A DNA stretch of 64,000 bases from a virus: IMG/VR virus record IMGVR_UViG_3300032236_000718, positions 100,429 through 164,428 of that record. One strand, 5' to 3'. How positions within the stretch are numbered: position 1 is the stretch's first letter; each line of letters starts with the position of its first letter. The notes beneath the pieces are model-generated. The model was not told the origin of the DNA and ran no database searches. It saw only the letters and a program-made list of their open reading frames with translations. Positions 9,791-22,100 of the stretch are shown piece after piece. The translations under genes and the position numbers were made by a program.

Positions 9791-12700
9791 ATGGCAAATC
9801 TACTAAGTGGCACTAGAATTTTTGGTACAGCAAACGTTGACACCCAGATCAACGTCAACACTTCTGTATTGAATGCTACCAGCCTGTTCATCGGTAACTC
9901 GACAGCAAATGCTACCGTCAACACGGTAGGTGTCTATATCGGTGGCGTGTTTCAGGGTGTTAATACATCTGCCCAGTATGCTTTCAGTAATACTATCACG
10001 TTTGGTAATGCCACAGTCAATGCTGCTATAAGCTCTAACTCTACAGTCACATCATTTAGTGGAACTGCAAACAATGCGTTAAACTTTGGTGGATATGGAT
10101 TATCAACATTTGTCACTAACTCACAGTTATCGACTACCCTGACAAACTATGTCAATACGACTGCAAACTTTACATATACCGGAACACAGACATTTAGTAA
10201 CTTAGCAACACATAATGCTAACGTTACTATCAATGCTGCAATTATTGCCGGTGGTAACTCCGGTCAAGCTGGTCAAGTATTAACATCAAATGGATCAGGT
10301 AACGTATATTGGTCGACTGTAACAGGAGGTGGCGGCGGTGGATCTGTAAACACTTCCGCACAGTATACCTGGACAAATACTCAGACATTTACTACTAACG
10401 TATTCTTCAGCAACCTTTCTATGGGTGCTACATCTAATAGTATTCTGTCATTAATTACCAAAGGATCCTTTAGTAATACATGGACTACTAATACTCCTAC
10501 TGGTTTTGCGGTAAAGCAAGGCCTAGTTGCTTATGCACCAACTAGTGGTAATACTGGTATCTTCTTAGCTAAGCCTGTTAATACTAATACATCTTACTAC
10601 TCAACTGATGGTGTTACTTGGTCGGCTGGTCCCACTATTGCAAATGCGGCAGGAACAACACTGGCAAATGCTAACATATTAGTATATGTTCCTAACCCAG
10701 TTTTAGGAGCTGCTACCGGTGAACCTCAGGGTAAATTTGTTTTAGGTGTAGGTAATACTACTCTTTATTATATCAACGTAACAAATGCTACTACTTCTGC
10801 AATAAATTGGAAAACATCTTCTGCTCCTGCAAACGTAACTTATATGGCATATGGTGCAGGAAGATTAGTAGCTTTAGTAAGTAATACTACAGTTTCTTCA
10901 TATACATCATCTGTAGATGCTAATACATGGAGTCCACAAACAAGCGCAGTCAATGGTCTTGGTAAATTTATAGCATACTATCCAGATTTATATGGTGGTA
11001 GATTTGTTGCGATGTTTGGTGGATATAGAATGGAAACATCTACTGATGGATACGCTATACCATCTGTTGGTTGGGATTATCTATCATTTAACGCTACAAC
11101 TCTAAGTACAAATGGTACAATTAATGCAACATCTCTTAATAGTCCAATAAGTTATAATCCTGTAACAGGAACATATCTAGGTGTTTCAAATAACTATATT
11201 TTTAGTTCTACTGATTTTGTTAATTGGACAATTGCAAACAATGGAGTAGCACAATGGTATTCACTTGGTTCATATGGTGGTTATAATCTCTTTACTGCAA
11301 ATAATACTGGTACCATATATGGTATAACAAATACAGTAAACACAGTAACTACAATTTATAGTTCACCTGGAATTAATGCTACATCTGGTCCTGCATTTAT
11401 ATCTACTCCTTATAGTCATACCATATTTGATAACTCTACTACTGGTAATAATATAAGCACATTTTCCTATGGAACAACCGTTATAAATCCACAGCAACGT
11501 GGATATATGGATAATATAATAATAGGTGAGTCTATCCCAACTAGAGGTCGTTTTAATGAACTCACTGCAGCTATATTAACTATTAATCCGGCTAGTTCCA
11601 ATACTTCTGTAGGTGGCTATACTCAAACAACTATTGGTGATGGTTTAACAATACAAGGTGGTGGTAGTACTTCTCTTACTGGTATTAGATTTGGTACATT
11701 TTATACTGGAGTTCCTGGAGGAGCCAACAGTAATATGACTGGTACTGGCTTTTTTGTCGGTAGCTCTACGACAAATGCATATCTATATAATACAGGATTA
11801 TATTTTAACCAGAATAATGCCACTGGAACAAACGGTCTCTTTAATACTTCTCAGATTTATATTAATCCGACAGCAGCAGCTAATAGTTCCGGAACAGGTG
11901 GCTTCTGGCTTAACCCGACAAGTGGATTATATTTAGGAAATACAGGTAGTAGCTTTGGCATTACACTATCAACTAGTGCTGGAGCTTATCTATATCTTGG
12001 ATCTACTACCCAGTCTACAACTGGTACTGGTGGTGCAATAGCAAATAACTCTACATATTTCTTTGGTAATAATACTATCAATGCATATATGACTGCTAAC
12101 TATTCAGGTGGTAACTTAGCACTAGTAATGCAAAACACAACTACTAATGCATATTTAACACCTAATACATTATTCATTGGTAATGCGAGTATTAATACTA
12201 CAGTTAATACGGTAGGAATTTATCTCAATCCTACTTCTGGTGCTAACACTACTGGTAATGGAGGTCTTTCACTAGATCCAATTAACGGTATGTTCTTTGG
12301 AAATAACACAATTAATGCTACACATAATACAAGTACTATAATACTTAATCCTACTTCTGGTGCTAACACTATTGGTACTGGTGGTTTATATATCAATACT
12401 GTTGGGCTGTTTATTGGTAACTCTACAGTTAATACTATTCAAAATACATCATCATTATCAATAAATCCTACTGCTTCTGCTAATACTACCGGTACAGGTG
12501 GTTTATATATCAACCCAACTACTGGAATCTTTATAGGAAATACTGGTGGAAATATAACATTTAACGTAGCTACTTCCGGCTCTCCAGTAGTTAACGTTGG
12601 AAATGGTGGTACTATAACTGTTGGAGGTGCTACTGTTACAACTACTGGTAATGGTGGGTTCTTAGCAAATAATACTACCTTACTTATTGGTAATAATATA

Positions 12701-13099
12701 ATTAATGCTCAGTTTACTGTATCTGCACTTTATATAAATCCAACATCAGCAGCTAATACGACAGGCAATGGTTCTCTATATGCTACAGCAACGTCTATAA
12801 ATCTTGGTAATAGTACGTCAAATGCTGTTATAAATACTACTGGTGTATATGTTAATGGTACTGCACTTATTAATAGTATTAATACCGCTGCACAGTATAC
12901 ATGGACAAACACTACTATATTCTCTAATACTACTGCATCTACAAATAACGTGTCAGGTGCAGTACAGGTTTATGGTGGTGTAGGTGTAAATGGTAATATA
13001 TATACTGCAGGTAGAATTGGTTACGCATCAGCCAACGTAAGTACCGCATATACTTTTTATAATGCTACAACTGGAACATTGGATACGGTATTTGGATAA
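9791..13099 (+). CDS. tail fibre protein
   Basis: 1102 aa N/T/G-rich; STDG/STD repeats; NPT..ANTTGTGG repeats; ends FYNATTGTLDTVFG. Confidence 0.75.
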   Translation: MANLLSGTRIFGTANVDTQINVNTSVLNATSLFIGNSTANATVNTVGVYIGGVFQGVNTSAQYAFSNTITFGNATVNAAISSNSTVTSFSGTANNALNFGGYGLSTFVTNSQLSTTLTNYVNTTANFTYTGTQTFSNLATHNANVTINAAIIAGGNSGQAGQVLTSNGSGNVYWSTVTGGGGGGSVNTSAQYTWTNTQTFTTNVFFSNLSMGATSNSILSLITKGSFSNTWTTNTPTGFAVKQGLVAYAPTSGNTGIFLAKPVNTNTSYYSTDGVTWSAGPTIANAAGTTLANANILVYVPNPVLGAATGEPQGKFVLGVGNTTLYYINVTNATTSAINWKTSSAPANVTYMAYGAGRLVALVSNTTVSSYTSSVDANTWSPQTSAVNGLGKFIAYYPDLYGGRFVAMFGGYRMETSTDGYAIPSVGWDYLSFNATTLSTNGTINATSLNSPISYNPVTGTYLGVSNNYIFSSTDFVNWTIANNGVAQWYSLGSYGGYNLFTANNTGTIYGITNTVNTVTTIYSSPGINATSGPAFISTPYSHTIFDNSTTGNNISTFSYGTTVINPQQRGYMDNIIIGESIPTRGRFNELTAAILTINPASSNTSVGGYTQTTIGDGLTIQGGGSTSLTGIRFGTFYTGVPGGANSNMTGTGFFVGSSTTNAYLYNTGLYFNQNNATGTNGLFNTSQIYINPTAAANSSGTGGFWLNPTSGLYLGNTGSSFGITLSTSAGAYLYLGSTTQSTTGTGGAIANNSTYFFGNNTINAYMTANYSGGNLALVMQNTTTNAYLTPNTLFIGNASINTTVNTVGIYLNPTSGANTTGNGGLSLDPINGMFFGNNTINATHNTSTIILNPTSGANTIGTGGLYINTVGLFIGNSTVNTIQNTSSLSINPTASANTTGTGGLYINPTTGIFIGNTGGNITFNVATSGSPVVNVGNGGTITVGGATVTTTGNGGFLANNTTLLIGNNIINAQFTVSALYINPTSAANTTGNGSLYATATSINLGNSTSNAVINTTGVYVNGTALINSINTAAQYTWTNTTIFSNTTASTNNVSGAVQVYGGVGVNGNIYTAGRIGYASANVSTAYTFYNATTGTLDTVFG

Positions 13100-16000
13100 T
13101 GACAATAACACCATATACACAATACATATACAAATATGATACAGCAAACTCTGCTATTTGGGACGCTTGGAACTTTTCAAATACAAACCCAACTAGTGTC
13201 GGCTCAAGTTATTGCTTAGAGTTTTTTGTTAACTTTCCAAATGGTATAGGTAATTTAGCTAGTGCCTCAGCTTTAGTAATTAATCCTGGCGTATATCCTA
13301 TATTACAAATAGCTATAGGAAATAATGGAATTGTATTTGCAGAAGCTGGATATGTTGGTGAATTTTGTAAGCATAATACACCAGTATTAGCAAATACGTG
13401 GTATCATTTTGCTTATATAGGAACAAATTCTGTTACGTATGCTTTTCAAAATGGTGTACCGCTTTTATGGTATACTGATGCGACCTTGACTACTCAGACA
13501 GCAACACCGACCCATGGTGGACCCGGCGGTGGCGGTGGATATAGCCAAAATGGAACACTAGCTCTTAATACCATGGGTGTTGGACCCAGTTCACCTAATA
13601 GCACAGTTTCTGCTGCAAATCTTGTTTTTAATATTAGTAATCTTAGGTTTACTAGGGGTCTAGCTAATCAATCATTATATCCTCTTACAGGATTTATTAC
13701 TCCAGTTTCAACTCTAACCGCAAGCAATACGGCAAATAACTGGACAGAAACACTATTATTTACAGATAGTGCTAATAATCTTTTAAATCAAGGTAGAGGT
13801 TCTGTAGTCAATTATAGTACTGGGTCGCCTACTATTGCTGTTGCTCCTGGACCTTTTAATAATACACTTCCAGTTTATAATTCACCATATCCTAATAATA
13901 CATTATTAAGTGCAAGTCTTTCATCAAACGGTGTTTACTATACTCCTTCATATTTTGATGAGGTTTCTGTAAGTACACCCGGATCAATAACATTTAACGG
14001 AAACAATCAGTTTCTATTTGTTGATTATAGTAATTCGCCAACCTTATTTAATTTTGGAACTGGAACTGTTGCTCCATATGTACCATTTTGTTTTGAGGCT
14101 TGGGTATATCCTACATCTTATACGAATAAATTTACAATAATAAACAGATATCTTATTCCTGGCGGTGCTAATCCTCCAGTATTTGCTTTTTATATCAATA
14201 GCGCAAATAATATAGTTTGGCAGTCATATGCATCAGGAACATTTACACTAAATCCAACTACACTAGCTCCACCATATTCTATACCATTAAACAGTTGGAC
14301 ACATGTCGCTTTAACTAGAGACAGTTCTGCAAACTATAAGATGTTTGTTAATGGTTATGTTGTGGCTACTACTACAAACACAGCAGCTACACTAGCAAAT
14401 ACAAATACTGAGAGCTTCATATATATAGGAAGAGCTCAGAACGCAAATCTTTCTTTTCATGCAACAGGATCACTAACAGGTCTAAGAGTAAGTTCTGGAA
14501 TACCAACTCCATATCAGACTACAAATACTACCATTGGGACTCGTATATTTACGCCATCAACGACACCCCCCAATACAATGGCAAATACAGTACTATTAAT
14601 TAATCCATATAGCCAGTTTCCAACAGATTCTAGTGGCACATATAGTAGACCAACTACTAATACATTTGGTTATAATACTAGAGTATTTAACTCTGTTAAT
14701 ACTATCTCTTCTGCTACTAATGTTAACGGTCCCGCTGCATTTTCCACTAATAGCCCATATGTAAAACCATCTTATGCTACATCAGTTTCTCCTAATAGTG
14801 CAGTATTTAAAGTAAAAGATACTATAGATGAAGTGTCTTTATCAACAGGAAGTATAGCTTTTAATAGAACCGGATATTTAAATGTCACTGATAGTCCAGT
14901 ATTAAGTCTTGCTAATCTTACTTTTACAATTGAGGGTTGGTTTAATACTACTGATACCACTACCGTAGCTCCACAAGTTATCATGGCTAGAGGACAGGCC
15001 AATGCTATAGTTAATAATACAGGAGGTGGATGGGCTATTATATATCATCCTTATTACGGTATTTTTATGTACTTTAATCAGTCGGGTCCTCAAAATCCAA
15101 TTAGAGTATATAATAGTGGTAATACGGGTTATGTTACAAGTAATACATGGTTTCATTATGCTGCAGTTGGAAATGGTACATCTATTTCTATGTACATAAA
15201 TGGAAATCAAATGATATCATTGCCTGGTTATTCTAATACTTCTTTACTAGGTATAGATCCTGGAGTTCCATTATATATAGGATATGATAGTGGAAATTCA
15301 TATCAAGCTAATAGTAATGGTATGATACAAGGATCTATATCAAACTTAAGAATATCAAATAATGTGGTATATACTGCAAACTTTGTTCCAAGCAAATTAC
15401 CATTTTATTCTAACTCCACAACACAATTTTTATTAAATTGTATTAATGCTAATACTATATACTATAGAGATGACTTAAATATTGTTACACCTGTTGGGAC
15501 AATATCATATAGTAATTCATCTCCATTTAATATAACACCAAACACTGCTTTAAGACTAACAAATACTGGAATGATACAAGTCAAGGGTGGAGTAGATGAG
15601 ACAACTATAAGTACTGGAAGTTTATATTTTAATAATACGGCTTTTAGATATGTGATGGTTCCCCCAAGTACATCGTATAATCTTGGTTCAAACAACTTTA
15701 CAATAGAAGGATTTGTATATTTTTCATCTTTTGATATAACTTCATCTAATCAAATTATAATTGAACAAAGGTCAAATAACAGTTATGCTACTGGTGACTG
15801 GCTTGTATATGCAACTAATAATAGTATAGTTTTTACCGGATATGATTATTCTAATTCATATGCGTCTGTAGTGGCTAGTACTGGCTTAGTTTCAAATAAT
15901 TGGTATCATTTTGCTGTCATGAGAAATGGCGCTACTATCGGTATGTATATAAATGGTATTCAAACACAGACAAATACTGCAGTAAATCTAGGTACTAATA

Positions 16001-17058
16001 ATAATAGAATAACTATAGGAGCAGATCAAGGAAGTACCGCTGCTAGATGGTTCTTAAATGGATATTTGAGTAATCTACGAATAATTAATGGCAGTTTAGC
16101 ATATAGTACACCTTCATTTACTGCTCCAGCATCTCCGCTTACTGCTATACCAAATACATCATTTTTAATGACTACACCATATAATTCAAATGAACTACTA
16201 AATGTTAGTAACAGTACCGTATATTATAGCTCAAATGGTTTTGCCAATTCATATATTGCATTTCCTATGTCTAGCCCTAATAATTATAATCTTTCTCCAG
16301 CTCCATTTAGTAATAATAATCCATTTGGAATAGCTCAAAAAGATATTCCAGGTTCAATATATGTTTCTACTAATAGCATGTTTTATGCACCAATTGTCGG
16401 TAAACCTGTAATAGGAACTGGTGACTTTACTATGGAGTGTTTTTGGCACCCGACATTATTAAATTATGCTGCTAATAATAGTTTTGTTACAAATATAATG
16501 GGAGTAACCGCTAGAATAGAATTAAACTGGGACGGTGGAACTAATACAATAGTTGTTGCTGTATCTACTACTGCAAACGTTCCAATATTGCAGGGTGGTG
16601 TCCCGGGACAAACTTCAAATGTTATAATAGGAACACCACCTAGTTCAAACTCTCTACTAAATACATGGAACCATGTAGCAATAAGTAGAACGAGTAATAC
16701 ACTTAGACTTTTTCTCAATGGAACTATGTTAGGTTCAACTACTGATAATAATAATTATATTAATGATTCTTATTATTGTTTTAATCAGGTTCTTACAAAT
16801 TATTCTGCATATATATCTAATTTTAGACATGTTATCGGAAGATCACTATATAATGCAGATACCAGTTTTACTCCACCCACAGCTCCATTAATAGCAGTAG
16901 CAAATACAGCTACATTGTATAACATGAATTATGGTGCAGGTTATTATAATGACACAATTAGTGGATTACCACTTATTAATATATATTCAAATGGTCAACC
17001 TATACAGGTATTTGGTAATAACTATTCATCTTTCTCACCAGTCGGTTCAACTATTTAA
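13099..17058 (+). CDS. multi-LamG domain protein (about 5 domains), putative adhesin
   Basis: Five FxxE.[WF]...NxWxH.A...[IL]SN[LF]R-type units; TAATG coupling. Confidence 0.8.
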   Translation: MTITPYTQYIYKYDTANSAIWDAWNFSNTNPTSVGSSYCLEFFVNFPNGIGNLASASALVINPGVYPILQIAIGNNGIVFAEAGYVGEFCKHNTPVLANTWYHFAYIGTNSVTYAFQNGVPLLWYTDATLTTQTATPTHGGPGGGGGYSQNGTLALNTMGVGPSSPNSTVSAANLVFNISNLRFTRGLANQSLYPLTGFITPVSTLTASNTANNWTETLLFTDSANNLLNQGRGSVVNYSTGSPTIAVAPGPFNNTLPVYNSPYPNNTLLSASLSSNGVYYTPSYFDEVSVSTPGSITFNGNNQFLFVDYSNSPTLFNFGTGTVAPYVPFCFEAWVYPTSYTNKFTIINRYLIPGGANPPVFAFYINSANNIVWQSYASGTFTLNPTTLAPPYSIPLNSWTHVALTRDSSANYKMFVNGYVVATTTNTAATLANTNTESFIYIGRAQNANLSFHATGSLTGLRVSSGIPTPYQTTNTTIGTRIFTPSTTPPNTMANTVLLINPYSQFPTDSSGTYSRPTTNTFGYNTRVFNSVNTISSATNVNGPAAFSTNSPYVKPSYATSVSPNSAVFKVKDTIDEVSLSTGSIAFNRTGYLNVTDSPVLSLANLTFTIEGWFNTTDTTTVAPQVIMARGQANAIVNNTGGGWAIIYHPYYGIFMYFNQSGPQNPIRVYNSGNTGYVTSNTWFHYAAVGNGTSISMYINGNQMISLPGYSNTSLLGIDPGVPLYIGYDSGNSYQANSNGMIQGSISNLRISNNVVYTANFVPSKLPFYSNSTTQFLLNCINANTIYYRDDLNIVTPVGTISYSNSSPFNITPNTALRLTNTGMIQVKGGVDETTISTGSLYFNNTAFRYVMVPPSTSYNLGSNNFTIEGFVYFSSFDITSSNQIIIEQRSNNSYATGDWLVYATNNSIVFTGYDYSNSYASVVASTGLVSNNWYHFAVMRNGATIGMYINGIQTQTNTAVNLGTNNNRITIGADQGSTAARWFLNGYLSNLRIINGSLAYSTPSFTAPASPLTAIPNTSFLMTTPYNSNELLNVSNSTVYYSSNGFANSYIAFPMSSPNNYNLSPAPFSNNNPFGIAQKDIPGSIYVSTNSMFYAPIVGKPVIGTGDFTMECFWHPTLLNYAANNSFVTNIMGVTARIELNWDGGTNTIVVAVSTTANVPILQGGVPGQTSNVIIGTPPSSNSLLNTWNHVAISRTSNTLRLFLNGTMLGSTTDNNNYINDSYYCFNQVLTNYSAYISNFRHVIGRSLYNADTSFTPPTAPLIAVANTATLYNMNYGAGYYNDTISGLPLINIYSNGQPIQVFGNNYSSFSPVGSTI

Positions 17059-17071
17059 CTAGGATTTTAAA

Positions 17072-17851
17072 ATGGGAAGACTTTTAGATGGCTCAAGAGT
17101 TTTTGGTGGTTTATCAGTAGACTATCAGATTAACGTCGGGTCTATTGGATCCACTAGTAATTCTTTTATTAGTATATCAAATAATACAGGAGCTGCACTT
17201 TATATATCAAATACTACTGCTAACGTGTATGTAGTCAACACTTCAGGAATATATGGTGTTTTATCTTCTCTCGGAAACATCACGGTAAATGCTACTACTT
17301 TATTTGTTGGTAATACTACAATTAATGCGACTGTTAATACAAGTTCATTGTCTTTAAATCCTATATCGGCAGCTAATACTACCGGTACAGGTGGTGCTGC
17401 AATGAGTTTAACAACGTTGTTTTTTGGTAATAGCACGATTAATACTACTCATAATACAAGCTCTTTAGTACTTAATCCAACTGCGTCTGCTAATACAACC
17501 GGTACTGGTGGTGCAACATTAGCAGCAACATCTATGTTTATAGGAAATAATACTGCAAATGCTATAATAAACACTGCAGGTGTCTATATTGGTGGTAAGT
17601 CTACTGCAGCAGCTACTGGTTACACAGTGCTTCCAAACGGTATTAAGATGAACTGGGGATCAATATCTGCAAATAGCTTGGGTGTGTCTGGTACATTTGC
17701 TAGTGCATTTACTACACTTTATAACGTAACAGTTAGTGGAACTGTTGGTACCGCATTTGTGTGGCTTAGCGGCGCAAATAATACTACGGCTACTGTCACT
17801 ACCAACAGCGCGACATCAAGTACAGTATACTATCACGCAATAGGAGTCTAA
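17072..17851 (+). CDS. short tail fibre protein
   Basis: N-terminus paralogous to ORF 9791; C-terminal GYTVLPNGIKMNWG...F...YHAIG fibre tip domain. Confidence 0.7.
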   Translation: MGRLLDGSRVFGGLSVDYQINVGSIGSTSNSFISISNNTGAALYISNTTANVYVVNTSGIYGVLSSLGNITVNATTLFVGNTTINATVNTSSLSLNPISAANTTGTGGAAMSLTTLFFGNSTINTTHNTSSLVLNPTASANTTGTGGATLAATSMFIGNNTANAIINTAGVYIGGKSTAAATGYTVLPNGIKMNWGSISANSLGVSGTFASAFTTLYNVTVSGTVGTAFVWLSGANNTTATVTTNSATSSTVYYHAIGV

Positions 17852-17852
17852 T

Positions 17853-18170
17853 ATGGCCATAACATATACGAGAACATATAGTAGCCCGATGGTCACTAAA
17901 GTTGGTGACTTATCAGACGTAGTTATATCATACCAGTGCTTAATTACTGGAGATGATGGTGAAGGAAATATTGTGTCTATAAACAACCGTGTTGATTTAC
18001 CGACAGTTAATCCAGAAGACTTTATTGTATACTCCAGTTTAACAAGGGAGATCTTTGATAACTGGACAGACGAGTATCTGAATGTCTCTACTATAGAAGA
18101 TGATATATCCAGGGCAATAGAATCGATTATAAATACTAGAGCAATTGAGCAGAAGGATCTTCCCTTCTAA
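17853..18170 (+). CDS. fibre-associated hypothetical protein
   Basis: 105 aa, DFIVYSSLT..W motif seen in small fibre-adjacent proteins. Confidence 0.55.
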   Translation: MAITYTRTYSSPMVTKVGDLSDVVISYQCLITGDDGEGNIVSINNRVDLPTVNPEDFIVYSSLTREIFDNWTDEYLNVSTIEDDISRAIESIINTRAIEQKDLPF

Positions 18171-18188
18171 TATATTATGGAGTAACTA

Positions 18189-18827
18189 ATGAGTGACCTT
18201 ATACAGTCCTTTCTACACTTCCCATCTCCAATCTATACTATAGAGAAACTTGAGTATCTAGATCAGACTAGAGATGTTTGTTATGAACATCTTCATGAGG
18301 CTAGAGAGAGGGATGACTTTAATGAGGTTTACCCACTTTATAATACAGGGAATATTAGTGATGATGAAAGACTAAGGTCACTCGCTGAGTTTATTCTAGA
18401 TAGCGCATGGAATATACTAGACAATCAGGGATATAATATGTCCCAGTTTGTGACAACTCTAAATGACTTTTGGTGTCAAGAACACCTTAAAGGTTCAGGT
18501 CACGAGAGACACATGCACGACTCTATAATAACTGGATTCTATTTTTTGGACTGTCCAGAGAATAGTTGTAGACTAAACATACATGACCCTAGATCAATTA
18601 AAGAATACTTAAGCCTTCCTGAAAAAGATAAGACACAGGGAACATATGCTAGTAATATACTTAATATAGATGCTGGTCCTGGTACTATAGTCTTTACTAA
18701 TTCTTGGCTACCACACTCATTTACTCGTAATGAGTCTAATGATCCTTTTAGAATGATTCACTTTAACATTGGTATACAATATGTCGGTGATAAACAAAAA
18801 GACCCTAATGCACCAGAAATAATATGA
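18189..18827 (+). CDS. putative 2OG-Fe(II) oxygenase (TIGR02466-like)
   Basis: FPSPIY start, HMH...ITGFYFL...DPR...FTNSWLPHS...RMIHFN. Confidence 0.8.
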   Translation: MSDLIQSFLHFPSPIYTIEKLEYLDQTRDVCYEHLHEARERDDFNEVYPLYNTGNISDDERLRSLAEFILDSAWNILDNQGYNMSQFVTTLNDFWCQEHLKGSGHERHMHDSIITGFYFLDCPENSCRLNIHDPRSIKEYLSLPEKDKTQGTYASNILNIDAGPGTIVFTNSWLPHSFTRNESNDPFRMIHFNIGIQYVGDKQKDPNAPEII

Positions 18828-19066
18828 AAAAGTATCTTATAAGGTTTAATAAGAGCCGAGGTAAATCTGGTAGGGGTACTAAAGACCATGTATGGAGAGT
18901 ATTTGAGGATGGAAAAGAATACATCTTTAAACATGTCCGAATAAATGTTCCAGTACACGATGAGGTTTCCGGAGACGGTCTGGGGAATGATGACTGGAAC
19001 TTTTGTTGTCATGGGATTATGACTATAGACAGGGAAACATCTACGGCCATCATTAACGCAGAATAA
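18824..19066 (+). CDS. hypothetical protein
   Basis: 80 aa ORF overlapping upstream stop (ATGA). Confidence 0.65.
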   Translation: MKKYLIRFNKSRGKSGRGTKDHVWRVFEDGKEYIFKHVRINVPVHDEVSGDGLGNDDWNFCCHGIMTIDRETSTAIINAE

Positions 19067-19067
19067 T

Positions 19068-19075
19068 TATAAATA
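19068..19075 (+). promoter_or_regulatory. T4-type late promoter TATAAATA
   Basis: Exact gp55 consensus upstream of fibre gene 19107. Confidence 0.75.
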
Positions 19076-19106
19076 GTCAAAATAATTCTGCGGGAAAGGG
19101 AACCAG

Positions 19107-22100
19107 ATGTCAGATAAAGATTTTGTCGTTAAGAATGGCCTAGTAGTAAACACAACCTTTACGGCCAACTCTACAGAGGTTCATATCGGTAATGCCACTG
19201 TTAACGCAGTCTTTACGTCACCTAACACAAACGTCCTAACATTAACTTTATCTAACTCGTCTGTTACGGGAACACTGACATCCGCTAACTATAGTGGTAC
19301 AGCTGCCAACTCGCAGCTTCTAAATAATCAACCCGGTTCTTATTACACTAATGCCACAAATATCAATGCCGGCACACTAGCCTGGGCATACCAAGCAGCT
19401 AACACTGTAAACACTACCGGTAACTTCACAATGACCGGTAATCTTAACTTTACTGCTACAAATAATTATTTTGGCAACTCATCAGTTAGCCCAACCATTT
19501 ATGTTAATACTATTAACTCTACGGCAAATGGAGTTACCGTTAATAATAGTCTCATTACTATTGGTAACTCATCTGTTAATGTACAGATTAATTCTACAAC
19601 TATTAGTGCGACTGCAAATAATGCATTGAATCTTGGCGGTCAACCACCAAGTTATTATACAAACGCGTCTAATATAAATGCTGGAACATTGCCATGGGCT
19701 TATCAAGCACTTAATACAGTCAATACGACTGGCGTCTTTACTATGGCAAATCTAACAGTGAATTCAACCTTTACTGTTACTAATGGTAGTGTGGCTACAG
19801 TATCTAACTCATCTGGTCTATATGCTCTATCAGGAAATGTTAAAACATCTTATCTAGAGACTACAGCTCTAGCTAACTTAGCCTGGGCTAATATCTCTGG
19901 TAATGTTTATATAGGTGGAAATGTTTACGTTTCAGGTAACTTTACTGCTACTGGTTCTGCGACTATTGTTAATACAGTTAGTATATCTACTAAAGATCAC
20001 ACAATTATATTGGCAGACGGATCAACAAGTGCTACTGCAGCAGATGCGTCTGGTATAGTCGTTGCTAATACCGATGCAACTACTGGTGCACTTGGTACAA
20101 CGTATGCTAACTTCTTATATAACGCTGCTAATAATGCATGGATGCCTAGTATCAACGTTGTTCCACAAACTACTGATGTTCAAAGTCTTGGTAGCGCCAC
20201 ACAGCTATGGCATAATCTGTACGGTAATAATATATACGGAACTTTACAGACAAACTCACAACCTAATATAGTAGCCGGTGATTCTCTTAAACTTGGTGGT
20301 GTACTAGCTGCTTTTTATGTACAGAATACAGATAGTCGTGTATTGTCTGGTAATCTTAACTTTACTGGATCAAATGTATTCTTTGGCAATGCTACACTTC
20401 AGGGTGCAGTATATTTTGGTAACTCGTCAGTAACTAATACGATTGTTAATGCTTCTGCTATCACACTTGGTGGAACTGGAACTTCTTTAGGTAACGTATC
20501 TGTCTCGTACTCTGGATTTATTGCTGGTAATACAACTGTTGCATCAAATGCTGTATTACTAATATCAAATACTTCTGGTGTTACAAGAGTTGGAGCTAAT
20601 GGTGCTTCTATTGGTGGTAACACATTACAAGTAGGTACTACACTATATGTAACACTTGCAGGTAATACAGGCTATGGTACATCTACACCTGCTGCGTTTG
20701 TCGAGATAGATAGTCCATTTGGAACAACTACTTCCAATAATTTATTCTTATATCAAAATTCTGCAACTGTTACTTCGGCCACATGGAACTCGTATCGCTA
20801 TATAACAACTGGATCTGCAAATACTACAGCATACCAGTTTAGACAGTTTAATGTCGGTCCTGGTGGTATCGGTATAGGATATGCTCCACCAACATCTGCT
20901 AGAGCTGCAACAGATGCTCTATATGTTGCTGGTAATACAGGATTTAATACTCAGACTCCTGGAGCTCTAGTAGATATTAACGGTACACTAAACGTGTCTG
21001 GTATGTCTAATATTGGCGGTCCAATCAGTGTTAATGGTGACGTGTCAGTCGGCTGGAGCAATGGTGTTATCAACTCGATATTTACATCGACTGGCGCTAC
21101 TACTCCATATTGGTCAAGCAATGCGTTTCTTAATGTCGTAAATGCAGTATCGATCGGATCAAATACCGTAACAACAGTTACACCTCCTGCAACCTTTACA
21201 TTCTCCGGTAATGCTACAGCTCTTACTGGAAACGTGAGCATATACTCTGCCACAGCATGGACAGGTTCTGTCACCGCTGGTGCTGGAACTATAACTATTC
21301 CTAGCGGCACTGCGTCTGTCACAGGATCCGGAACACAATTTACTAACTATATTCCTGGTACAGTTATTAGCTTAACTAATAATGCTAATACTGCATTAAA
21401 CACATACTATGCTATTAAGTCAATAACTAATAACACATTTATGACATTAAATAGCATAGTTCCCGCTCCTGGTGCTACTAGCGTGTCGTTCTGGACCGGC
21501 GGTCTAGATTTAAGAAACAGATTATTTGTTCCAGGAATTGCCAATCTCTTACAGACAGGTGATAAAGTCGTCTATAACGTAGGTGTCAATAATACAGCTA
21601 TAACCGGTCTGACAAACGCGACTACTTATTCGGTTCTGTGGGGTAACGCTACATCTATTGCTCTAGCTAATCCAACAATTGATGCACTATCACCTGTAAG
21701 TCTTCTTGCTGTAACTGCCACACCTCAACCTGGGCATAGTCTCACAATAAATTATCAGTCATCGGTGTCAATTAGTAATAATGGTGCTGGAGCTGCGGTG
21801 ATCGTTGTTGGTAATTCTACAGTTAATACAGTTGTTAACTCGAGTGCCTTTAGCGGTAACGCGTATAATATTACTCAGTTCCCTCTGAATCAGAGTGTTA
21901 ATACTTCCGGATCACCTACATTTGCCAATATAACATCTAGCACATCGATGAGAATTGGTGGATCATCTTCTGGATCTACACTTTATTTTGGTACTACTGC
22001 TGCAACAACTGCTAATCTATCATGGTCAACTGGCGGAGGTGTAGATACTCTTAACTTTGGTTCTAGCCAAGGTGCCGTCATGACAATTAATGGTACAGCT

